A DNA stretch of 64,000 nt from positions 6,214-70,213 of the forward strand of contig CAMRWU010000002.1 in assembly GCA_947054505.1 (NCBI GenBank). The letters are read 5' to 3'. The stretch is from an uncultured Pseudomonadota bacterium. GTDB taxonomy: Bacteria > Pseudomonadota > Alphaproteobacteria > RF32 > CAG-239. A program made the translations under genes and the position numbers. Shown here piece after piece: positions 21,763 through 32,428 of this stretch (position 1 is the stretch's first letter; each line of letters opens with the position of its first letter). The notes beneath the pieces were generated by a model. The model had not been told where the DNA came from and did not search any database. It was given only the letters and a program-made list of their open reading frames with translations.

Positions 21763-22974
21763 ATGCAATCAGGAGCTCGATATCAAGCTGTTTTAGACCT
21801 TATAACTACAATTTTTGAAAACAAACAGCCCGCGGATAAAATCATCAACGACTATCTGCGTGCCAGAAAATACATCGGTTCCAAAGATCGCCGCTTCATT
21901 ACCGAACAAGTCTGGTCACTCATTCGCAACCGCCGCAAACTGGAGTTCGATGCTCAAAGCACCAACCCGCGAAAAATATTCCTCATCGCCAACAAAAACA
22001 AATTGGAAGAAATTTTTGACGACAGCCAATACAGCCTGCCTCCTCTCGACGAAGAAGAAAAATCGTGGTTACAACAAGAAAACGACCAACCATATCCCGA
22101 TGATGTTGAAGCAGAATGTCCGCAATGGCTATTCACCAAAATCAAAAATATGGAATTGTGTAAAGCGCTCAACCGTCCGGCACCGGCAGATTTCCGCATC
22201 AATTTTTGTAGCCGCGACGAAGCCTTGCGCCGTCTGGAAGCTGAGGGCATTTCTGCAACGCCGACACCATATTCTCCGCTCGGAATCAGAATAGACGAAC
22301 GCATCAGTACCGGCAATTGCACGACTTATCAGGAAGGTATGATTGAGATTCAAGACGAAGCCTCTCAGCTGGCCTCTCTGCTCTGCGATGTCAGCCCCGA
22401 ACACAAAATCATGGACTATTGTTGCGGTGCCGGCGGCAAAAGTCTCACCTTAGCCCACATTCTCAACAATAAAGGGCATATTCTGGCGCACGACATTAAC
22501 GCCAAACGTTTGGAAGCCATAAAACCCCGCTTGCAACGCCTAAACGTCAAAAACATCGAGCTAACCGATATCGTCGCTTCAACCGACCGAGATTTTGACC
22601 GCTTTATTATCGATGCTCCCTGTTCGGGAACCGGCACATGGCGCCGCTCACCCGACGGCAAATTCCGTCTGTCCGCCAGTCTGCTGAAAGGTCTGACGAA
22701 AACTCAAGAAAAACTCCTTAATCTCGGCGCAGAAAAAACAAAAAGCGGAGGCCGGCTAATCTACATTACTTGCTCAATTCTTCCCGACGAGGACGAAGAA
22801 ATTATTGACAAGTTCCTTACCTCTCACCCTGATTTTTCCCCCGTAAACATGAAAAAACTTTGGGAAGAAAAAACAGGCCTTCCCTATCCGCACAGATCAG
22901 AAAAATATCTAAAAATGTCTCCGCTTTCTACCGGAACCGACGGATTTTTCATCTGCGTCATGCAAAAACAATAA
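21763..22974 (+). CDS. RsmB/NOL1/NOP2/Sun-family RNA (cytosine-C5) methyltransferase
   Basis: SAM-MTase motifs DYCCGAGGKS and IDAPCSGTGT with catalytic Cys context. Confidence 0.75.
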   Translation: MQSGARYQAVLDLITTIFENKQPADKIINDYLRARKYIGSKDRRFITEQVWSLIRNRRKLEFDAQSTNPRKIFLIANKNKLEEIFDDSQYSLPPLDEEEKSWLQQENDQPYPDDVEAECPQWLFTKIKNMELCKALNRPAPADFRINFCSRDEALRRLEAEGISATPTPYSPLGIRIDERISTGNCTTYQEGMIEIQDEASQLASLLCDVSPEHKIMDYCCGAGGKSLTLAHILNNKGHILAHDINAKRLEAIKPRLQRLNVKNIELTDIVASTDRDFDRFIIDAPCSGTGTWRRSPDGKFRLSASLLKGLTKTQEKLLNLGAEKTKSGGRLIYITCSILPDEDEEIIDKFLTSHPDFSPVNMKKLWEEKTGLPYPHRSEKYLKMSPLSTGTDGFFICVMQKQ

Positions 22975-23115
22975 AATTAGACAAAAAGATATTGACCACC
23001 TTTTAAAAACATGCTACTTACAAAACATTCCAAATAACTATTATAGATTTATTCTATGCCCTCGTTGTATCCGGCAGTACAACACCAGAGGTTCACGCCG
23101 CAAAACCTATTTTAA

Positions 23116-23430
23116 ATGGTTGAAGAAAACAAAAGAAAAAACGGTCCGCTGGAAACATCCGCGCAATGTATCGCCGTTATCCGCAAAGCCCAAGAGATCA
23201 ACCTTCTCTTCGCCAACCGGCATAATTGCCACATCAACAAAGAACAATTTGCAAGCTTGGAGAATGGAGGCTACCTCACTATCGGGAGCAGCACTCAAAA
23301 CGACATCGTCATCACCGACGTAACCGCGCCCCGTGCTTGCATCGATCCGCTTCACTGTTTCGTTTACAAAAAAAACGACGCATACTGGATCTATGACTGT
23401 TCAACAACCGGCACTATCGTTGCGCTCTAA
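23116..23430 (+). CDS. stand-alone FHA-domain protein
   Basis: C-terminal LTIGSSTQNDIVI...YWIYDCSTTGT matches the FHA pattern (G-R/S...D...S.NGT); the opposing 82-aa ORF is judged spurious. Confidence 0.5.
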   Translation: MVEENKRKNGPLETSAQCIAVIRKAQEINLLFANRHNCHINKEQFASLENGGYLTIGSSTQNDIVITDVTAPRACIDPLHCFVYKKNDAYWIYDCSTTGTIVAL

Positions 23431-23445
23431 AAAAAGCGCCACTAA

Positions 23446-23477
23446 AAAAGCTTCTCATTAAAGAGAAGCTTTTTTGT
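23446..23477 (+). terminator. rho-independent terminator
   Basis: AAGCTTCTC-ATTA-AAGAGAAGCTT followed by a T-run. Confidence 0.6.
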
Positions 23478-23482
23478 TTGAC

Positions 23483-23803
23483 TTACAATTCTTTTCCGTT
23501 TTGCCTGTAAACATAAGAAATAATCTCAGCCACCGCAGCAAAAGCTTCCAACGAAATTTCTTCATTAATATCAACAGTCTTCAAAATCTGCACCAAATCG
23601 GCATCTTGGCGAATTTCTATATCATTATCCAAAGCCAGTTGCACAATTCTCTCGGCAACTTCCCCCTGCCCTTTAGCCAAAACCGTCGGAGCATTATGCT
23701 TATCTTTCTCATACCCCAATGCCACGGCATAATCTGTGGAAAAGCCTAAACCGTTCTTGTTTTCAGATGCATTTTCGCTATGATTATTATCAGACATAAG
23801 CAC
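23483..23803 (-). CDS. FlhB C-terminal-domain-like protein (EscU/YscU/HrcU family fragment homolog)
   Basis: NAPTVLAKGQGEVAERIVQLALDNDIEIRQDADL resembles the FlhB autocleavage (NPTH-like) C-domain; flagellar neighbourhood. Confidence 0.6.
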   Translation of the reverse strand: MLMSDNNHSENASENKNGLGFSTDYAVALGYEKDKHNAPTVLAKGQGEVAERIVQLALDNDIEIRQDADLVQILKTVDINEEISLEAFAAVAEIISYVYRQNGKEL

Positions 23804-23921
23804 CTCGCTGTTTACTTTGCTTTAAGGTAATAACTTTTGTCCTGCTTGGCAAGTGTTTTAAACGGCATGGTTTTTGCATGTTTACCATATGTGGGGATAT
23901 ATGGTTTTGGGGAATAAAACA

Positions 23922-24320
23922 ATGAATTTAGCAAATCTTTCCGTTTTCGGATTGGCTCAAAAAAATATGGAATATCTGTCGGCCAGAGAAAAAGTCATTG
24001 CCGGCAATATTGCTAATGCCAGCACACCGGGATATCTTCCTAAGGACATCACCAAACCCGAGTTCAGCAAACATGTTGTTGCCAACCTTCCGATGAACAC
24101 CACCAACCCCAAACACTTAACCGGTAATTCTTTCAAAAAAGAAATGCAGATTTACACTCCACCGGTCGATTCTGCCCTAACAATCGACGGCAACGGTGTC
24201 ATTTTGGAAGAACAAATGAACGAAGCCAGCAAAACCAGCAGTGAATATAAAAAGATGATTACCATCTACAACAAATACAAAACACTGTTGCAAATAGCCA
24301 ACACCAAGATTAACACTTAA
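23922..24320 (+). CDS. flgB: flagellar basal-body rod protein FlgB
   Basis: rod-protein N-terminal heptad region; flgB-flgC-fliE order. Confidence 0.75.
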   Translation: MNLANLSVFGLAQKNMEYLSAREKVIAGNIANASTPGYLPKDITKPEFSKHVVANLPMNTTNPKHLTGNSFKKEMQIYTPPVDSALTIDGNGVILEEQMNEASKTSSEYKKMITIYNKYKTLLQIANTKINT

Positions 24321-24334
24321 GAGGAAAGCCGCAA

Positions 24335-24748
24335 ATGTCAGGAAACTTAACAGTCAGTGCCGATATCGCCGCTTCCGGAATGAAAGCTCAAGCCGAACGC
24401 TTAAAAGTCATTGCCCAAAATATGGCCAATGCGGAATCAGTCTCCACCGAAAAAGGCGGACAACCTTATCGTCGTCAAGTCGTCAGTTTTCAGAATTATG
24501 TTGATGCGGCAACCGGCGCCGAAATGGTTCGCGTTGATAAAATTGTCAAAGACATGTCTCAGTTTGAAAAAAAATACGCCCCCAGCCATCCGAGTGCTGA
24601 TGCTCAGGGCTATATCTCTCTGCCCAATGTCAACCCGTTGGTTGAAATGATGGATATGAAAGAAGCTCAGCGCGCCTATGACGCCAATATGAATATGTTA
24701 AAAACCGCGCGGGAAATGAACGCCAGCGTTTTGGATATATTAAAATAA
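24335..24748 (+). CDS. flgC: flagellar basal-body rod protein FlgC
   Basis: conserved N-terminus (DIAASGMKAQ) and C-terminus (SNV...VEMMDMKEAQRAYDAN). Confidence 0.85.
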   Translation: MSGNLTVSADIAASGMKAQAERLKVIAQNMANAESVSTEKGGQPYRRQVVSFQNYVDAATGAEMVRVDKIVKDMSQFEKKYAPSHPSADAQGYISLPNVNPLVEMMDMKEAQRAYDANMNMLKTAREMNASVLDILK

Positions 24749-24765
24749 ATTAAGAGGATAAACGA

Positions 24766-25083
24766 ATGATCAGCAATATCTCTAATGCATTAAACGCTTA
24801 CCAACAAGCTTTGGGTCGCATCGGTACCCAAACTCAAAAAGTTGAGCAAGAAGTCGTTAATCCCACCGCCGGATTTGGTGACATGGTAAAATCCGCCATT
24901 GAAGACACCACCGCACTGCATAAGCACAGCGAACAAATGACCATCCAAGGCATCCAAGGCAAAGCCGATATCCAAGATGTTGTTTTAGCCGTTTCTAACG
25001 CTGAAAGCGCCTTAGAAACCGTTGTTGCCGTCCGCGATACAGCCATCAAAGCTTACAATACCATCATGCAAATGCCGATCTAA
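24766..25083 (+). CDS. fliE: flagellar hook-basal body complex protein FliE
   Basis: ~105 aa with the FliE-like C-terminus (LAVSNAESALETVVAVRDTAIKAYNTIMQMPI). Confidence 0.75.
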   Translation: MISNISNALNAYQQALGRIGTQTQKVEQEVVNPTAGFGDMVKSAIEDTTALHKHSEQMTIQGIQGKADIQDVVLAVSNAESALETVVAVRDTAIKAYNTIMQMPI

Positions 25084-25754
25084 TGAGACTTCCGCAAGCC
25101 ATTCTTTTTGACTGGGACGAAACTTTGGCTCATACACGTGAAGCCGTGTCAGAGGCTATTGAACACACCTTGCAAAAATATCATAAAGAACCGTGGGAAA
25201 TCACAAAAAACAAATACCGCGACAAAACCAAATCTTTCAAAGAAAATTTTCCCAACTTTTTTGGAAAAGATGCCGTGGTGGCTTATCAAGACTATCTGGA
25301 CTACTATCAAAAACACTGTTTTTCCCAAGTCACCCCAAACGAAAACGCCGCTGACTTTTTAACACTATGCCACAACAAAGGTATTAAACTCTACATCATA
25401 TCCAACAAAGAGAAATCCCTCCTTCAACATGAAGTCAAACAATGCTTTCCCTCCACTCTGTTTGAAAAAATCCTTGGCAACGGTGATGCGCCGCAAAACA
25501 AGCCTGCTCCGGCTCCTGTCTTTAGTGCGCTACAAGACTCAACCATTTCCATCACCCCGCAAAATGTCTGGCTCATTGGAGATAGCAAACAAGATACAGA
25601 TTGCGCTTACCAAGCAAACATCCAACCAATCCTGCTGGGTAAAGGAAATTTTATGGATAAAACCTACCTCCGAGAAAAACAAACAGCGCCTCTCCCGTTG
25701 CTCAATTTTTCCAATTTCCACGAAATTATGACCTTTCTAAGCCAATTGTCATAA
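25083..25754 (+). CDS. HAD-family hydrolase (phosphoglycolate-phosphatase-like)
   Basis: motif I FDWDETL and motif IV GDSKQD. Confidence 0.65.
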   Translation: MRLPQAILFDWDETLAHTREAVSEAIEHTLQKYHKEPWEITKNKYRDKTKSFKENFPNFFGKDAVVAYQDYLDYYQKHCFSQVTPNENAADFLTLCHNKGIKLYIISNKEKSLLQHEVKQCFPSTLFEKILGNGDAPQNKPAPAPVFSALQDSTISITPQNVWLIGDSKQDTDCAYQANIQPILLGKGNFMDKTYLREKQTAPLPLLNFSNFHEIMTFLSQLS

Positions 25755-25783
25755 AAACGTAACACTTTTGTACATTTTTTGTC

Positions 25784-26377
25784 TTGAACGACAGGAATTT
25801 TTATGATATAAAAGTAAGTGATATAAATTCTTATAACACTATTGTATCTATGTTAAAGTTCATTTTTAAACCACTCAAGTGGTTCGTTCAGCAAGAAGCT
25901 GCCCTGAAAGCACTCATCCTCGGTATCCTCAGCCTTATCGGCTATGGCACATTCCTCGTTCTGGATTACTACTTCCAGATTCGCCCAGAAAGCCTCTTCG
26001 GAAAACTTTCCCGCGAAGGTCTTTGCCTCCTCCTCGCCGTCTCGGCTATCGGATTCTTCGCTTTTGCAGCAACAGTCGCCGTAAAAAAAAGAGGAGAATG
26101 CTGGGAAAAAAACTACTCTCGCCGCTTCTGGTATCAAGAGATTTGTTTCTTTACCAGTATCGCTGGGTTCCTCGGGTTTGGCGCTCTTGCTAAAGTGACT
26201 TGGACTGTACTCCACACTTTCGGCTGGGCTGACATGCCTCTGACGGATTTGTGGTACGCACTTATCCCCGGCGCTTTCTTTCTGGCGATTGCCCTGATAA
26301 CTTTCCTTATCAGAATTATCATCGCAATATGGAAAAGCGCCTCAGATTATATATCTGACCAGTGGAGAAATGCCTAA
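25784..26377 (+). CDS. hypothetical membrane protein
   Basis: 4-5 predicted TM helices; start uncertain. Confidence 0.45.
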   Translation: MNDRNFYDIKVSDINSYNTIVSMLKFIFKPLKWFVQQEAALKALILGILSLIGYGTFLVLDYYFQIRPESLFGKLSREGLCLLLAVSAIGFFAFAATVAVKKRGECWEKNYSRRFWYQEICFFTSIAGFLGFGALAKVTWTVLHTFGWADMPLTDLWYALIPGAFFLAIALITFLIRIIIAIWKSASDYISDQWRNA

Positions 26378-26379
26378 AA

Positions 26380-26424
26380 ATGAGCCCCCGCACACAACAT
26401 TGTGGACGGGGGCTTTTCTTTTCT
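26380..26424. terminator. bidirectional terminator
   Basis: GCCCCCG...CGGGGGC stem with T-run, between convergent genes. Confidence 0.55.
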
Positions 26425-26429
26425 CAAAA

Positions 26430-27791
26430 TTAATTATTAAAATAATCACGCAAATATGTCGCTAAATCAGCAATATTCACCCGATGTTGTTCCATAGTAT
26501 CTCTGTCACGAACAGTAACCGATTCCGGCTGATTTTCAATCGTCTCAAAATCAACGGTTAAACACAACGGTGTACCAATCTCATCATGACGACGATAAGC
26601 CTTACCGATATTGCCGGTATTTTCCAAAGCCACACGACCAATACCTAACTTCAAAAGATTTTGTTTGATCTCATGACATTTTGCCATAATTTGCTCATTA
26701 TTCTTTTTCAAAGGAATAACTGCGACTTTAATCGGAGCCAAATGTTTCTTCAGCTTCAACACGATACGGCTGTTGCCGTCTCCCAACTCTTCTTCGGTAT
26801 AAGCTTCGGTCATAACCGCCAGCACACCGCGATCAACCCCCATAGAGGGCTCAATCACAAAAGGAACAACCCATTTATTGTTATCATCCATAATGCACAA
26901 CTTCTGAGTTGAATCAGAATTTGCATGACAATGAGATGTCAAATTCATCTCATCCTGCGCTTTGGTATGATTACCCAAATCATAGTCTGTACGATTGGCA
27001 ATACCTTCCAACTCTTCCATACCGTGAGGAAACTGATATTCAATATCATAACAAGCTTTGGCATAGTGAGCCAAATCATCTTTCGGCGTGGTATAAATAT
27101 TGATATTTTCACGCTTCAATCCTTGCTCTTCCCACCAGTTAATTCTGGTTTCTTTCCAATATTCATGCCACTTTTCGTCTTCCCCCGGCATTACAAAATA
27201 TTCCAGCTCAGCTTGCTCAAACTCACGAACGCGAAAGATAAAATTACGCGGAGTAATCTCATTGCGGAAAGACTTACCAATCTGGGCAATACCAAAAGGC
27301 AATTTACGAGATGTTGAATCCACAACATTTTTAAACTGTGTAAAAATAGCCTGAGCCGTTTCCGGACGCAGATAACCGAAAGATGAACCATCATCAACCG
27401 GACCGATGGCCGTTTTAAACATCAAATTAAACGGACGAGGTTCCGTTAAATCCGTAGAACCGCAATTAGGACATTTACCGTCAATATGATCAGCACGAAA
27501 ACGTCCCTTACATTTTTTGCAATCAACCATCGGATCAGAAAAAGTATCTTCATGCCCTGAATAATGTAAAACTTTTTGATTAGTCAAAATAGCCGCATCC
27601 AAACCCTCAACATCGTCACGTTCATAAATCATTGAGCGCCACCAAGCCTGTTTCAGATTATTTTTTAATTCAACACCTAACGGACCGTAATCATACACTC
27701 CCTGCAGACCACCGTAAATATCAGCATTCTGAAAAATAAATCCCCGACGTTTACACAGAGAAACCAACTGATCCATCGTTTTTGCGACCAT
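26430..27791 (-). CDS. glyQS: glycine--tRNA ligase, alpha2 homodimeric (GlyQS) type
   Basis: [32 protein letters not shown]-terminus and class II aaRS motifs; ~455 aa single chain. Confidence 0.85.
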   Translation of the reverse strand: MVAKTMDQLVSLCKRRGFIFQNADIYGGLQGVYDYGPLGVELKNNLKQAWWRSMIYERDDVEGLDAAILTNQKVLHYSGHEDTFSDPMVDCKKCKGRFRADHIDGKCPNCGSTDLTEPRPFNLMFKTAIGPVDDGSSFGYLRPETAQAIFTQFKNVVDSTSRKLPFGIAQIGKSFRNEITPRNFIFRVREFEQAELEYFVMPGEDEKWHEYWKETRINWWEEQGLKRENINIYTTPKDDLAHYAKACYDIEYQFPHGMEELEGIANRTDYDLGNHTKAQDEMNLTSHCHANSDSTQKLCIMDDNNKWVVPFVIEPSMGVDRGVLAVMTEAYTEEELGDGNSRIVLKLKKHLAPIKVAVIPLKKNNEQIMAKCHEIKQNLLKLGIGRVALENTGNIGKAYRRHDEIGTPLCLTVDFETIENQPESVTVRDRDTMEQHRVNIADLATYLRDYFNN

Positions 27792-27880
27792 TTTTATAAT
27801 CCTCATCTATTCATAGTAAAATTTTAACTTATTTAGTATTATAATGATTATTCTTAAAATGCAAGCGGAGATAACAAAAA

Positions 27881-28744
27881 ATGGCAAAAACCAAAGTAGC
27901 TTTTATTTATGACTTTGACGAAACCCTGAGCGTAACATACATGCAGGACTACATCCTCATTCCTTCGCTCGGAATGAAACCTCAAACTTTTTGGAATAAA
28001 GCCAACGCTTGGTCTCGCCAAAATTGTGCCGATCAAATCACCGGTAGCATGTACTACTTCAAAAAAGTAGCACAGGAAAAAGGTATCAAACTGACGCGCG
28101 AATACTTTGCTGACGCCGCCAAAACCATCACCTATTTTGAAGGGGTGGAAGAATGGTTTGAACGGATTAATGAATATGGCAAACAACTGGACTTACAAAT
28201 TGAACACTACATCATTTCTTCCGGTTATGAAGAAATTTTGGAAGGCTGTTCCATCCGCAAACATTTCAAAGATGTTTTTGGTTGCTCCTATGTCTTTGGG
28301 GCTGACGGAACCCCGGAATGGCCTGCACGCATCGTAAACTATTCTACAAAAACCCAATATTTATCAAAAATAAACAAAGGCTTAGGAAAACTTGAAGACC
28401 GTGCCGTTAATGAATTTATGCCTGACGAAGAAAGAGCCATCCCATTCACCCGTATGATTTATTTTGGTGACGGAATGACCGACATCCCGTCAATGAAGCT
28501 GACCAAACAAAGAAACGGCATAGCCATCGCCGTATATCGTCCGAAAAGCCAACACAAAAAAACGGCGATAAAATTACTGACGGATGGACGCGTCAACTTC
28601 GCCCTTCCCGCTGATTATCGCGAAGACAAGCAGATTGATAAAGTCGTCAAAACAATTTTAGATAAACTGGCCACCGAACGCGATTTGGAAATCCTCAAAG
28701 CTAAGGAAGAAAAGAAAAAACTCCTCGACCTCCGCAAAAAATAA
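27881..28744 (+). CDS. HAD-superfamily hydrolase (subfamily IB-like)
   Basis: motif I YDFDETL and motif IV FGDGMTD. Confidence 0.55.
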   Translation: MAKTKVAFIYDFDETLSVTYMQDYILIPSLGMKPQTFWNKANAWSRQNCADQITGSMYYFKKVAQEKGIKLTREYFADAAKTITYFEGVEEWFERINEYGKQLDLQIEHYIISSGYEEILEGCSIRKHFKDVFGCSYVFGADGTPEWPARIVNYSTKTQYLSKINKGLGKLEDRAVNEFMPDEERAIPFTRMIYFGDGMTDIPSMKLTKQRNGIAIAVYRPKSQHKKTAIKLLTDGRVNFALPADYREDKQIDKVVKTILDKLATERDLEILKAKEEKKKLLDLRKK

Positions 28745-28748
28745 AAAA

Positions 28749-29513
28749 TCACATGTCTAAAATCATACCATCATATGCCGGTTCAAAATAATCCGGCATA
28801 TGTTTTTTTATATCATCATAATCAACTCTGGTAGACAAATGTGTTAAAACAACTCGTTCTGGGCGCACTAACTCGGCAACACGCTTAACATTTTCCAGGT
28901 TACTGTGACCGTTTTTCTCATATACCAAACCATTGTTACACTCAATAACCAAAAGTTTGACTCCCCGCAATGCGGCAACCCCCTCTTCCGGCATATTCTC
29001 CCAATCAGTCACATAAGCAAAATCGCCACAACGCAGAGCCGAGCAATGCAATCGATGATGCGGCACTTGAAATGTCTGAAACCTCACGCCGCAACACTCA
29101 AAACTACCGCTATCCGGCAACAGCTTCCAGCGCAAACCAACACCATCAGGCTCTCCGCCATTAAACAAAAATCCAAAACAAGTTTTCAATTCCTGCTCTG
29201 TTTCTGCAGAAGACCACACTTCAACCGGATGCCCCAACATCTTACTCACACGCGGAAGCTCCGGAACACTGGCGATGTGATCATAATGCCCATGGGTCAA
29301 AAACACGGCATCGACATCCGTCAAACCGACTTGATTAACTTGCACACGAAACTCCGGTCCGGCATCAATAATAAACTTACGTCCGGCAACCTCAAAATAC
29401 ACCGAAGCGCGACTACGATAATTCCGTGGATTATCGGTACTAAGCCCCCGCCATTGATTAAAAGCCATCGGAGAACCATAAGCAGAACCGGAACCCAAAA
29501 CCACAACTTTCAT
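28749..29513 (-). CDS. MBL-fold metallo-hydrolase
   Basis: HxHxDH motif (THGHYDH). Confidence 0.7.
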   Translation of the reverse strand: MKVVVLGSGSAYGSPMAFNQWRGLSTDNPRNYRSRASVYFEVAGRKFIIDAGPEFRVQVNQVGLTDVDAVFLTHGHYDHIASVPELPRVSKMLGHPVEVWSSAETEQELKTCFGFLFNGGEPDGVGLRWKLLPDSGSFECCGVRFQTFQVPHHRLHCSALRCGDFAYVTDWENMPEEGVAALRGVKLLVIECNNGLVYEKNGHSNLENVKRVAELVRPERVVLTHLSTRVDYDDIKKHMPDYFEPAYDGMILDM

Positions 29514-29515
29514 CT

Positions 29516-30490
29516 TTAATTCCTTGCCTTAGATTGAATAAAACCAAACACCGGATACAAAACTTTAGCCAAGCGTTGCGGAGATGTTTTTTCCCGCTCA
29601 ACGCCTTCAACAAACTCACGCACACCTTTGTCTTGACGTGCTTTCTCTCTTTTTGACAGAAGCAACATACAATCAACCATCGCATCCCGATCCTTAAAAT
29701 CAACATTAGCCATCATCAATTCCAACAACTCTTTTTGTGTTTGACAATCTTTCAGCTTTTCACAATTTTGAAATAACGGATTGGAAAACAACTTATGAAC
29801 ATCAGGAAAAGCATTTTGCAAAATCCCCTGCTCACCCAGATTTTTAACAAAATGATGACGATTTTTAACACGACGCAAACTGGCAACCAAGCGAGACAAA
29901 CATCGAACTTTATCTTGCGGAACATAATGATAACCGGATTTAAATGAGGCAGTGATGCGGTCTACCGTCTCTTGATTCAATCCGTTGAGAGAAATATCAA
30001 GATTATATTTTCCGCTCAAAGCCAAAAAACGGCGCAATACATTATATGCGCCTTCTTTCTCCGGACCACTGACAATTTTCACAACACCACGCTTAATTCC
30101 GTCTATCGCTCCATAACGATCCACAACCGCATTGGTATAAGAACCTCCTCGTTGCTGAAACCGAGCATAAATACGTTCAACATTATAAATACCGTTATCC
30201 TCAGGATCCATACAAGAAAAATCTATCATCCCCAATTGCGGATGAGAAATAACCGCATAAATATTATGAGTCCGCATCACATCGGAAACAGCACACCCTT
30301 TACGCTCCAAATTCTGTAAAGTCTGATAGAAACTCTCTTCATCTCTGACACAAATATCATAATCGCTTATTTTTGCCTGCTCATCAACTAACGGATCAAG
30401 AACAGCGCCCCCCAAAAGAAAAGCTTCCGACAAACCGGCATCACGCATAAAACGTTCAACACTTTGGGAAACCCTATTGGCACACCTCAT
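29516..30490 (-). CDS. polyA polymerase / CCA tRNA nucleotidyltransferase head-domain family protein
   Basis: N-terminal nucleotidyltransferase signature (GGAVLD...DYD); only 324 aa, so probably a minimal CCA- or A-adding enzyme. Confidence 0.6.
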   Translation of the reverse strand: MRCANRVSQSVERFMRDAGLSEAFLLGGAVLDPLVDEQAKISDYDICVRDEESFYQTLQNLERKGCAVSDVMRTHNIYAVISHPQLGMIDFSCMDPEDNGIYNVERIYARFQQRGGSYTNAVVDRYGAIDGIKRGVVKIVSGPEKEGAYNVLRRFLALSGKYNLDISLNGLNQETVDRITASFKSGYHYVPQDKVRCLSRLVASLRRVKNRHHFVKNLGEQGILQNAFPDVHKLFSNPLFQNCEKLKDCQTQKELLELMMANVDFKDRDAMVDCMLLLSKREKARQDKGVREFVEGVEREKTSPQRLAKVLYPVFGFIQSKARN

Positions 30491-30666
30491 GAAATTCTCC
30501 TCAAAAAAGTAAAAAGCACCATGTCTGATAAATCATTATCAGAATCAAGACATAACAATGCTTCCTTGGAATAATTTCAAGGCACTATACAACACTCAAA
30601 TCAGAAGAACAGCATTATTAACAAATAATCCCCAAAAAACTTAAAAAACCGCCAATAAAAAAAGTT

Positions 30667-32322
30667 TTATAAAAATAACAAAAAATGCTTGCCAAATAAA
30701 AAAAAGTGTCTTAGATATAGGACATCCACATTGATTGGGGTGTCGCCAAGTGGTAAGGCATCGGCTTTTGGTGCCGACATTCGTTGGTTCGAATCCAGCC
30801 ACCCCAGCCAGACTTGACAAGAGCCTATTTTAGCCAGTGCTAAGATAGGCTTTCTTATTGAAATATCTACATTTTTACCGTCTAATAAAATTTCCGAACA
30901 AAGTAATTTTAAAACCTGTTGTTTTTTGTCGTTGTTCAGAAAATTCCATATCTGGTCTGACATCAAAAGCAAGCCAGCCAAGTATTTGAGCGTTATCAGA
31001 CCTTGTTTAGTCAGATGACTATAGTCGGTTAATCGCTCTTCCAGTTTTTTCTTATCCTGTCTGTATTCGGTTAGTTTTTTGGTATATAAATCCTGTGTAA
31101 TACTGCCTTCCGTAAACAGGTCTATCAACCTGCTTTCCTTTTCTGCAAAACCTGCAATCTGCCTGTCCAATGCCTTCTTGGCTTCTATTTCCATTTTATG
31201 GTCTTTGTAAATTTCTTCATCCAAACAGGCAACCAATTTCTCGACAACGCTTTTAGGCATGTTTTTAAACGTTTTTAATGCCTCTCTCACTTTTTCAACC
31301 CCATTTTCCTCTCTCGTCCGATAGCCTCCGCATTGCGGACAAAAAAGGTATTTATAAACGACTTTTTCTCCGCCCTTCTTTTTCGCCGGATGTACATTGA
31401 TATCTGTCGAAACAACACCACCGCATTTTTTACAGCGAACCAATCCTTTGAATACATATTCATGCTTCTGCACCTTATGATTTGCCTTACCTTCCAAAAT
31501 TTCCTGACACCGTTCAAACGTATAGCTATCCGTCAGCCGCGGATAACAATGCGGATAATATTGCCCGCCACTGAACATCTCCCCGACATAAAAACGGTTG
31601 CTTAATATTCCGCGGATAGTCTGCTTATGAAGTTTCTTGCTGTTTTTCATCTTAAGCCCCAAGTCCGCGGCTTTCCGCGTTATCTGCTCAAGATTATAGG
31701 TACCAATCGAAAATTCCTTAAACAACCGCGTAATGATGAAATGGTTGTCCTCATCCAACACAATATCGCTGTTACCATTGGCATCCCTTACATTTTTATA
31801 GCCGACTGGTGCGTGATGTGGCCATTTTCCCTCTTTACGCATTTTTTCAAAGCTGCGTATTACATTATCACTCATCGTGTCTGTTTGCGACTGCGCAACT
31901 GTAATCCGAAAGTTCCACATCATCTTCTCATGAGCTTTGGCATTTTTCGCCATAATTGCTTGTTCCGTCTGAAAATGAATTGCAATTTTTTCTTTTTCAA
32001 TCAGCTTATTCAAAACATCATATTCCTTGAAGCTTCTTTGCAACCTATCAACTTTGTCACAAACCAAAGCAACCGGATTTTTATATTTTTTTATAAAATT
32101 TATCATATTATAAAATTCTTTTCGTTCACCTCTGGTCGAACTTTCAACAACGGTAAACTGCTTAATAATTGTCAACCCTTGCCGAATACAATAATTCTTT
32201 ACCCGGTCTTCCTGAGCATCAAGCGAATAACCTTCTTTCTGCTCTCTGCTTGATACTCGTATCCATAAAACGGCATGCTTTATATTTTTATCATTCACAA
32301 CTTTTGCAGCTTTTCTTCCCAT
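30667..32322 (-). CDS. large serine recombinase (integrase); the C-terminal ~50 codons read through tRNA-Gln on the opposite strand
   Basis: N-terminal resolvase domain (VLWIRVSSREQ), recombinase domain, zinc ribbon (CKKCGG...CPQCGG) and coiled-coil tail; the true C-terminus is uncertain because the ORF reaches a stop only after crossing the tRNA. Confidence 0.75.
   Translation of the reverse strand: MGRKAAKVVNDKNIKHAVLWIRVSSREQKEGYSLDAQEDRVKNYCIRQGLTIIKQFTVVESSTRGERKEFYNMINFIKKYKNPVALVCDKVDRLQRSFKEYDVLNKLIEKEKIAIHFQTEQAIMAKNAKAHEKMMWNFRITVAQSQTDTMSDNVIRSFEKMRKEGKWPHHAPVGYKNVRDANGNSDIVLDEDNHFIITRLFKEFSIGTYNLEQITRKAADLGLKMKNSKKLHKQTIRGILSNRFYVGEMFSGGQYYPHCYPRLTDSYTFERCQEILEGKANHKVQKHEYVFKGLVRCKKCGGVVSTDINVHPAKKKGGEKVVYKYLFCPQCGGYRTREENGVEKVREALKTFKNMPKSVVEKLVACLDEEIYKDHKMEIEAKKALDRQIAGFAEKESRLIDLFTEGSITQDLYTKKLTEYRQDKKKLEERLTDYSHLTKQGLITLKYLAGLLLMSDQIWNFLNNDKKQQVLKLLCSEILLDGKNVDISIRKPILALAKIGSCQVWLGWLDSNQRMSAPKADALPLGDTPINVDVLYLRHFFLFGKHFLLFL
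30689..30717 (+). promoter_or_regulatory. candidate sigma70 promoter for tRNA-Gln (TTGCCA-17 nt-TAGATA)
   Basis: -35/-10 hexamers with 17-nt spacing read by eye ~20 nt upstream of the tRNA 5' end. Confidence 0.4.
30736..30810 (+). tRNA. tRNA-Gln (anticodon UUG)
   Basis: cloverleaf folded by hand: acceptor UGGGGUG/CACCCCA (U1-A72), D-arm GCC..GGC, anticodon stem UCGGC/GCCGA with loop UUUUGGU, T-arm GUUGG-UUCGAAU-CCAGC, encoded CCA. Confidence 0.85.
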
Positions 32323-32428
32323 ATTCTTACCTTTCCGTATTAAAATTATACTTTATTTTAAGATTCATCATTTTGACAGGTCAAGGAAGGCCGGATGTAT
32401 TATCCAGCCTCCACTGGCCTAATTTGTT

